NCBI RefSeq assembly: GCF_043197895.1
Contig: NZ_JBICTY010000010.1
Span: 829 to 64,828, forward strand
DNA from: Cryptosporangium sp. NPDC048952
GTDB lineage: Bacteria > Actinomycetota > Actinomycetes > Mycobacteriales > Cryptosporangiaceae
DNA: 64,000 nucleotides
Direction of reading: 5' to 3'
Shown: positions 58,704 through 64,000 of the stretch, piece by piece
Layout: each line of letters opens with the position of its first letter
How positions within the stretch are numbered: position 1 is the stretch's first letter
The notes under the pieces: generated by a model
The model's database searches: none
What the model saw: the letters and a program-made list of their open reading frames with translations, nothing else
What the model was told of the DNA's origin: nothing
Position numbers and translations under genes: made by a program

Positions 58704-61088
58704 TTAGGCGGCGGGAACGGGCTCCGGCTCCTCGGCTTCCTCTTCGTCCTTTTCGTCGAGGGTGGCTGGCACTTCCCACGGGCTCAGCTGGTCGAAGAGC
58801 CGAGCGAGCATTCCCATCGCGGCGAGCAGGATCAGCGGGAAGACAGTGCTGAACGCGCGCGCCCCGGAGGGCGTCCCGCCGAGCACTTCCAGGACGACGC
58901 AGCCCACGATGCCACCGAGCGCGAGAGCGGCGAGGGGATCACGCAGCGCCCGGAGCGGCGCCGCGACCAGGGCCAGCACGAGCACCGAGCAGAGCACGGC
59001 GTCCTCGGCGAGGTAGGCCCCGTCGGTCCGGAGCAGCGCACCCACGTCGACCCCGCCGCGTACCAGTTCCCCGAGACTTCCGAGGTACCGCGCGTCAGCG
59101 ATCGGAGCGACCTGCCCGAGCGCGACCAGCGCCACGGCGAGCCCGGACGCGACCGCCACGTACGGCAGCCAGGCGTTGCGCAGCGTCCGCTCCCGCCAGG
59201 CCGTGAACACCCAGGCGGACGCCACGGCGGCCACGAACGCGGTGGCCGGCGCCCGGCTCGCCAGCAGCAGCGCGGTGAGCACCGCGAAGACGACGAGCGT
59301 CCGGCGTCCGCGACGGCTGCCGAGCGGCAGCGTGAACAGGAGCGCGCAGCAGAGCGCCAGCGCGAACATGTCGGCCGTACCGGTCAGCGACGTGGCGACG
59401 ATCCGGTCGCAGATTCCGAACACGACAGCGGTGACCGTGCCGGCCAGCGCGCCCCACCGCTTGGCCGCGAAGTACGTCAGCATGCCGACCGCGGCGAAGA
59501 ACGACAGCAGCGGGACGACGATCAGGCCGCGGTCCCCCAGTGCTCCGACGAACGGCGCCGACAGCACCGGGTACACCAGGTTCGGGTCCGCGGAGCTGGC
59601 GTGCGCGAACAGCCAGTCGGAGCCCTGGCCGAAGCAGGAGTCCCGGCCGCAGTTCGTCGCGGCGAACGGCTTGTCGTAGAGCTCCGCATAGGTGCGCTCG
59701 GCGGCCTCACCGGGCGTGAAGCCGAGGATCCGGTACGACCAGGCCAGGTGGTACATGCTGCTCGAGTAGAAGTGCCAGATCCGGTAGGAGAGCACTGCCG
59801 GGACCAGCACCGCGAGGCTCGCGACGGTCACCCACGCGTGCGCCGGCATCCGCCCGAGCCAAGTCTTCGGCAGCCAGCGCCGGGCGCGGTGTTCCAGCGG
59901 CACCGGCTCCCGCGGCTCGGCCTCCGTGGAGCGCGACGGCAGCCGTCGGATCGGTCCCCACAGGTCGACCATCAGCGCGACGACGGCCAGCACCAGCAGC
60001 GGCACGACCGGCGCGTGGTAGCGGAACGCCGCCGGCCAGAACTCGATCACGTTGAATGCGCTGACCACGAAGAACGCTCCGGCGGCCAGGCCTGAGATTT
60101 CACTGCGGAAACGCCAGACAACCGCCACTGTCGACGCTACGAGCAGCGCGACCAGCGCGAGGTCGTACCGCACGGCCAGCAGGTCGGACCGGATGATGTT
60201 CTCGGTGACCTCCGGGATCGCCGCGATCCCGCTGGTGCCGAAGTACTTGATCGTGAGCTCGTCGAACCGCTGGGCGAGCGACAAGTCCTCGCCGCCGAAG
60301 ATCAGCGGCGTGATCAACATCTGCGCGGCGAGCACGACGAACGCGACGACGTTTCCCCACACCGCGAACGACAGCCAGGGGTTCCGGAACGCCCGGTCCC
60401 GGATCGCGACCAGCAGCCACACGCCCGCGACCGCCACCGGCAGCGCGATCGCGAACTGACGGTTGAGCATGCCGAGAGCGATCAGCGCGACGTAGCTGAT
60501 CAGCTGTTTCCGGCCGACTTTCCGCGCCAGCGGAAGCACGAGCAGTGGGAGCGCGAGCAGTGCGAACGCGGGCCCCTCCGTGTGCGCGACGACGCTCCAG
60601 CGCGACACGTAGACCGGCAGCAGCAGCATCGCACCGGCGACCAGCGCCCACCGCGGCCCCCACAGCCGCGAGGCGAGCAGGACGGTCGCCAGGATCGCCA
60701 ACGCGTACCCGACGATCGGGACGACGAGCATCCCCGCCGGACCGAACAGCGCCACGAACGGCGCGGAGAGCACCGGAAGCAGCACGCGCGGCCCGACCAC
60801 GGCCGCGTACGGGCCGGTGAAAAAGCTCTCGTGGAAGTCGGGCGGCCAGCAGGTGATGCAGGTGGCCAACCCCGGGTTGTCGCGCAGGTAGTCGAACGAC
60901 ATCTGAGCGGCCTCGGCCTGGGGGTGGCCGAGGTACCAGTAGGTCCACGCCAGGTAGATCCGGGAGTCCGGGCCGTACTGGGCGTTCGTCACGAGCGCCA
61001 GCGCCACCGCCAGGACGCAGAGCGCGCCCAGCACGAGCCAACCCGACACCGGCAGAGCGTTGCGGAGGGACCGCGCCATCGTCTTCAT
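58704..61088 (-). CDS. 794-aa polytopic membrane protein made of two homologous halves, each with a conserved extracytoplasmic Cys pair
   Basis: Half 1 YLAWTYWYLGHP...ATCITCW...PVLSAPFVALFGPAGMLVVP; half 2 YHLAWSYRILGFTP...ATNCGRDSC...PVLSAPFVGALGDRGLIVVP. Confidence 0.65.
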   Translation of the reverse strand: MKTMARSLRNALPVSGWLVLGALCVLAVALALVTNAQYGPDSRIYLAWTYWYLGHPQAEAAQMSFDYLRDNPGLATCITCWPPDFHESFFTGPYAAVVGPRVLLPVLSAPFVALFGPAGMLVVPIVGYALAILATVLLASRLWGPRWALVAGAMLLLPVYVSRWSVVAHTEGPAFALLALPLLVLPLARKVGRKQLISYVALIALGMLNRQFAIALPVAVAGVWLLVAIRDRAFRNPWLSFAVWGNVVAFVVLAAQMLITPLIFGGEDLSLAQRFDELTIKYFGTSGIAAIPEVTENIIRSDLLAVRYDLALVALLVASTVAVVWRFRSEISGLAAGAFFVVSAFNVIEFWPAAFRYHAPVVPLLVLAVVALMVDLWGPIRRLPSRSTEAEPREPVPLEHRARRWLPKTWLGRMPAHAWVTVASLAVLVPAVLSYRIWHFYSSSMYHLAWSYRILGFTPGEAAERTYAELYDKPFAATNCGRDSCFGQGSDWLFAHASSADPNLVYPVLSAPFVGALGDRGLIVVPLLSFFAAVGMLTYFAAKRWGALAGTVTAVVFGICDRIVATSLTGTADMFALALCCALLFTLPLGSRRGRRTLVVFAVLTALLLASRAPATAFVAAVASAWVFTAWRERTLRNAWLPYVAVASGLAVALVALGQVAPIADARYLGSLGELVRGGVDVGALLRTDGAYLAEDAVLCSVLVLALVAAPLRALRDPLAALALGGIVGCVVLEVLGGTPSGARAFSTVFPLILLAAMGMLARLFDQLSPWEVPATLDEKDEEEAEEPEPVPAA

Positions 61089-61280
61089 CGGTTCGGAACG
61101 CTAGGCAAATCTGCGCCCGATCTCTGCTCTGAGCAGCGGAGTTCGCGGGTTGTACAGCAGCTGTTCGGCACCGCGGCCCCTGCTGGTCGGCGTTCCGACA
61201 GCGTGTAAAGAAGACTTGACATCGTGTCGGCTCTGCCTGACATTGGAGATGTCAAGAATGCTTTACACAGGAGGTAGGTC

Positions 61281-61709
61281 GTGACGCTCACCGAGAAACG
61301 GGCGTGGATCACCCTGGTCGTCACCGTCGTCGCTTATGCGGGGTACGCGATCACGGTGCTGAGGCGTGCGGACGGGCAGCCGCTGCCCGACGTGCACTAC
61401 GCGGGCCCGTTGCTCACGACGATCGGCGTCGCGATGATCGCGGCCATCGTGCTCGAGATCGTGGTCTCGATGTTCACGCCGAACGCGTCACGTGCGACCG
61501 ACGTCCGCGACCGGGAGATCGGTCGGCTCGGCGAGTACGTCGGCCAGTCGTTCGTCGCGATCGGTGGCGTCGCGGGGCTGCTGATGGCGATCGCGGAGTG
61601 GGACTGGTTCTGGATCGCCAACGTCATCTACCTGTGCTTCGCCCTGGCCGCTGTGCTGGGCGCGGTCGCGAAGGTCGTCATCTATCACCGCCCCTTCCCT
61701 TCCCTATGA
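61281..61709 (+). CDS. Small membrane protein (DUF2178-like)
   Basis: Four TM helices; RBS aggagg before GTG; 13 nt upstream of the XRE gene. Confidence 0.55.
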   Translation: MTLTEKRAWITLVVTVVAYAGYAITVLRRADGQPLPDVHYAGPLLTTIGVAMIAAIVLEIVVSMFTPNASRATDVRDREIGRLGEYVGQSFVAIGGVAGLLMAIAEWDWFWIANVIYLCFALAAVLGAVAKVVIYHRPFPSL

Positions 61710-61722
61710 ACACGAGTCCCGA

Positions 61723-61947
61723 ATGGTGAAGCCGACCCGGGTCACGAACTCGATCCGCGCCCTGCGTTTCGCGAACAGCGAGATGACCCAGGCTGACCTG
61801 GCGATGCGCATCGGCGTGACCCGTCAGACCGTCATCGCCATCGAGCAGGGCCGCTACTCGCCGTCCCTCGAAATGGCCTTCCGCATCGCCCGTGTGTTCT
61901 CGGTTCCCCTCGACGACGTTTTCCACTATCCGGAGGAAGCGCCATGA
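61723..61947 (+). CDS. XRE-family helix-turn-helix transcriptional regulator
   Basis: MTQADLAMRIGVTRQTVIAIEQGRYSPSLEMAFRIARVF. Confidence 0.8.
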   Translation: MVKPTRVTNSIRALRFANSEMTQADLAMRIGVTRQTVIAIEQGRYSPSLEMAFRIARVFSVPLDDVFHYPEEAP

Positions 61948-62918
61948 AAGCGTGCACCCGCTCCGCCTACGGTTCCGCCGACGTGCTGCAAGTTCGCGAC
62001 ATCGAGTTGCCCACCCCGGCTGACGACCAGGTTCTCGTCCAGGTCCGGGCTGCCAGCAACGACCGCGGCGTGTGGCACATGATGACCGGACTTCCGCTGG
62101 TCATGCGGCCGGTCATCGGCTTACGGGCGCCGAAGGTCCAGGTGTTGGGGCGCGCGTTCGCCGGCGTCGTGACCGCCGTGGGGTCCCGGGTGACGAAGTA
62201 CGGGCCCGGTGACGAGGTGTTCGGCACCACGAACGCCGGGAGCTGGGCCGAGTACACGGTGGCGCCCGAACGGCTGATCGCTCCACTGCCCTCCGCGGTC
62301 TCCTTCGAGCAGGGCGCGAGCCTCGGGTGCTCGGGCACCTCCGCGTTGCAGGCGGTCCGCGTCGGTGACGTGCGCTCCGGGCAGCGGATGATGGTGATCG
62401 GCGCCGGGGGCGGCGTGGGGTCGTTCGTGGTTTCGCTCGCCGCGCAGCGGGGGGCGAGCGTCACCGCGGTGTGCAGCGCGTCGAAGCGCGAGCTGGTGAC
62501 CTCGCTCGGCGCGGAGGACGTCGTCGACTACGCCGAGGAGGAGGTGGACGCGCGCGGGCAGCGATACGACGTGATCGTCGACTGTGCGGGGAACCGGCCG
62601 CTGTCGTTGCTGCGCAGGGCGCTGAAGCCTGGTGGTGCGCTGGTGTCGGTGGGTGGGGAGGACCACCCCGGGCGGCTCACGCAGGGCTTCCAGTGGCAGA
62701 TGTTGCGGCCGCTGGCCGGGGTGTTCGTGCGGCGCCGGGTTCGCAGTGTGATCGGTAAGGAGGGTGGGGAGGATCTGGTCGAGCTCGGCCGGATGATCGC
62801 CGCCGGCGAGCTGACGCCCGCGATCACGCGGACGTACTCGCTCGTCGAGGCGCCGGACTGCATGCGAGACCTCGCCGGGGGCCACCCAGCAGGCAAGCTG
62901 GTACTAGCTATTTCATAA
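61944..62918 (+). CDS. NAD(P)-dependent quinone oxidoreductase / zinc-type alcohol dehydrogenase (MDR)
   Basis: GxGxxG MMVIGAGGGVGSFVV; MDR N-domain. Confidence 0.75.
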   Translation: MKACTRSAYGSADVLQVRDIELPTPADDQVLVQVRAASNDRGVWHMMTGLPLVMRPVIGLRAPKVQVLGRAFAGVVTAVGSRVTKYGPGDEVFGTTNAGSWAEYTVAPERLIAPLPSAVSFEQGASLGCSGTSALQAVRVGDVRSGQRMMVIGAGGGVGSFVVSLAAQRGASVTAVCSASKRELVTSLGAEDVVDYAEEEVDARGQRYDVIVDCAGNRPLSLLRRALKPGGALVSVGGEDHPGRLTQGFQWQMLRPLAGVFVRRRVRSVIGKEGGEDLVELGRMIAAGELTPAITRTYSLVEAPDCMRDLAGGHPAGKLVLAIS

Positions 62919-62930
62919 GCGCCCTATGCG

Positions 62931-63000
62931 CGGAGGGCCCTGTACGGCGAGGGCCCTGTGCGGCGAGGGCCCTGTGCGGTGAGGGCCCTGTGCGGCGAGG
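62931..63000. repeat. Tandem repeat, 16-bp unit gagggccctgtgcggc, about 4.5 copies, between convergent genes
   Basis: Read directly. Confidence 0.8.
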
Positions 63001-63005
63001 GAGTC

Positions 63006-63941
63006 CTATTTTGTGAGCGAGCCGAGGGCGGCGCCGAGGCCGATGCTGATCGCGGCCACGACGAGCACCACGACGGCGAGGATGATCAGGACTCGGCGCG
63101 GGACGCCTTCGTCCTCGGTGACGTCGTCGGGGTGCGCCTGCGAGCGAGAGACCCGCGGCTGCGACCGCAGGGCCTTCCGCCGCTCGGCCCGCCCCCGCCG
63201 AGGCCCATCCGACTGGGCGCCGGAATCCCGCCCCGCCCCGCTCCCCTGCGACGAACCGGCCCCGGGCTCCGCCCCGTACGGCGATCTCGCACCAGAGGCC
63301 GCGCCATATGACGATCCCGAACCAGGGGCGTCATCCCCGAACGACGAACCCGAACCGTGCGCGCCCCCGAAAGGCGAACCCGAACTCGGGGCTTCCCCGC
63401 CGAACGACGAAGCCGAACCGGCAGGTGCGCCGCCGAACGACGAAGCCGAACCGGCAGGTGCGCCGCCGAACGACGAGGGCGAACCGGGGGCCGCACCGCC
63501 GAACGGCGAGCCCGGGGCTGCGCCGCCGAACGGCGGGGCCGACTCGGGAGGCGTGCCGCCGAAGGCCGATGCGGCGGGCATGCCGGTAGCCGGTGGGCTG
63601 CCGGGGGTGGCGCCGGCGACGGGGCGGAGGTCGAGCCCAGCGCTCGCTCGATCGTCGTAGGACGGGTAGAGCGGCGCGGACGGCTCGTCGTACACGGGAT
63701 AGGCCCCCGACGGCGAACGCACCCCCGGCGGCTGCGCCCCCACCACCGGATGCGACCCGGAAACCGAATGGGCCCCGGCCGCCCCGCGGCCAGGAGGCCC
63801 TCCCACCGGTGGGTTACCCCCGCGCGAACCGCCGACCAAGGGCGCTCGCACGGGCGCGCCACCGCCGGGAGGACCCCCGACGGGCGGAGCACCCACGGGC
63901 GGACCCCCGACCGGCGGCCCACCGACCGGCGGAACCGACAC
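63006..63941 (-). CDS. Pro/Gly/Ser-rich low-complexity protein with C-terminal TM anchor; N-terminus probably beyond the window end
   Basis: PPVGG and SSFGGAPAGSA repeats; C-terminal RVLIILAVVVLVVAAISIGLGAALG. Confidence 0.5.
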   Translation of the reverse strand: MSVPPVGGPPVGGPPVGAPPVGGPPGGGAPVRAPLVGGSRGGNPPVGGPPGRGAAGAHSVSGSHPVVGAQPPGVRSPSGAYPVYDEPSAPLYPSYDDRASAGLDLRPVAGATPGSPPATGMPAASAFGGTPPESAPPFGGAAPGSPFGGAAPGSPSSFGGAPAGSASSFGGAPAGSASSFGGEAPSSGSPFGGAHGSGSSFGDDAPGSGSSYGAASGARSPYGAEPGAGSSQGSGAGRDSGAQSDGPRRGRAERRKALRSQPRVSRSQAHPDDVTEDEGVPRRVLIILAVVVLVVAAISIGLGAALGSLTK

Positions 63942-64000
63942 GGGTGGCGCGGAGAACCCGGAGATCGACGGCGCACCGGAAATCGATCCGGCAACCGGCG

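Overview
This is a chromosomal segment from a high-GC (~72 %) actinobacterium, densely coded on both strands. I support about 60 protein genes and found no rRNA, tRNA, CRISPR array, transposase or prophage signature. Gene content reads as core or accessory-core rather than a mobile island. Starts below were refined by hand from the ORF track; a few hand counts did not reconcile with it (notably near 33960-34025), so start coordinates are approximate to about +/-30 nt.

Called features, in order:
- an orphan GAF sensor histidine kinase and a tandem-USP protein
- a HelD/UvrD-like helicase
- lsr2, behind an unusually long low-GC leader
- a spermidine/putrescine-type ABC importer operon (potA-potD-potB-potC) divergent from a GntR regulator plus a Cache-like protein
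- a NYN-domain gene followed by an NfeD-like / flotillin / 1626-aa AAA+ ATPase operon
- a seven-gene minus-strand glycan-assembly cluster (three GT2, a NodB deacetylase, a Wzx-like flippase, a 717-aa polytopic membrane protein) with a convergent esterase gene abutting its last gene
- a CooC/MinD-like P-loop ATPase and small partner protein next to GT4, Gfo/Idh/MocA and MDR dehydrogenase genes
- a two-repeat PQ-loop membrane protein next to a secreted GH18 chitinase
- a SARP regulator fused to transmembrane helices and a ComEA-like helix-hairpin-helix tail
- an ECF sigma / anti-sigma pair preceded by a strikingly AT-rich promoter island
- an internally duplicated 794-aa membrane protein
- G/C-rich minisatellites at both ends of the window

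The strongest candidates for something undescribed are the flotillin-associated giant ATPase operon, two consecutive stem-loops with an identical core and covarying outer stems at 1588-1692, the SARP-TM-HhH fusion, and the duplicated membrane protein with paired extracytoplasmic cysteines. All functional calls rest on motif recognition in the translations. None was checked against a database.
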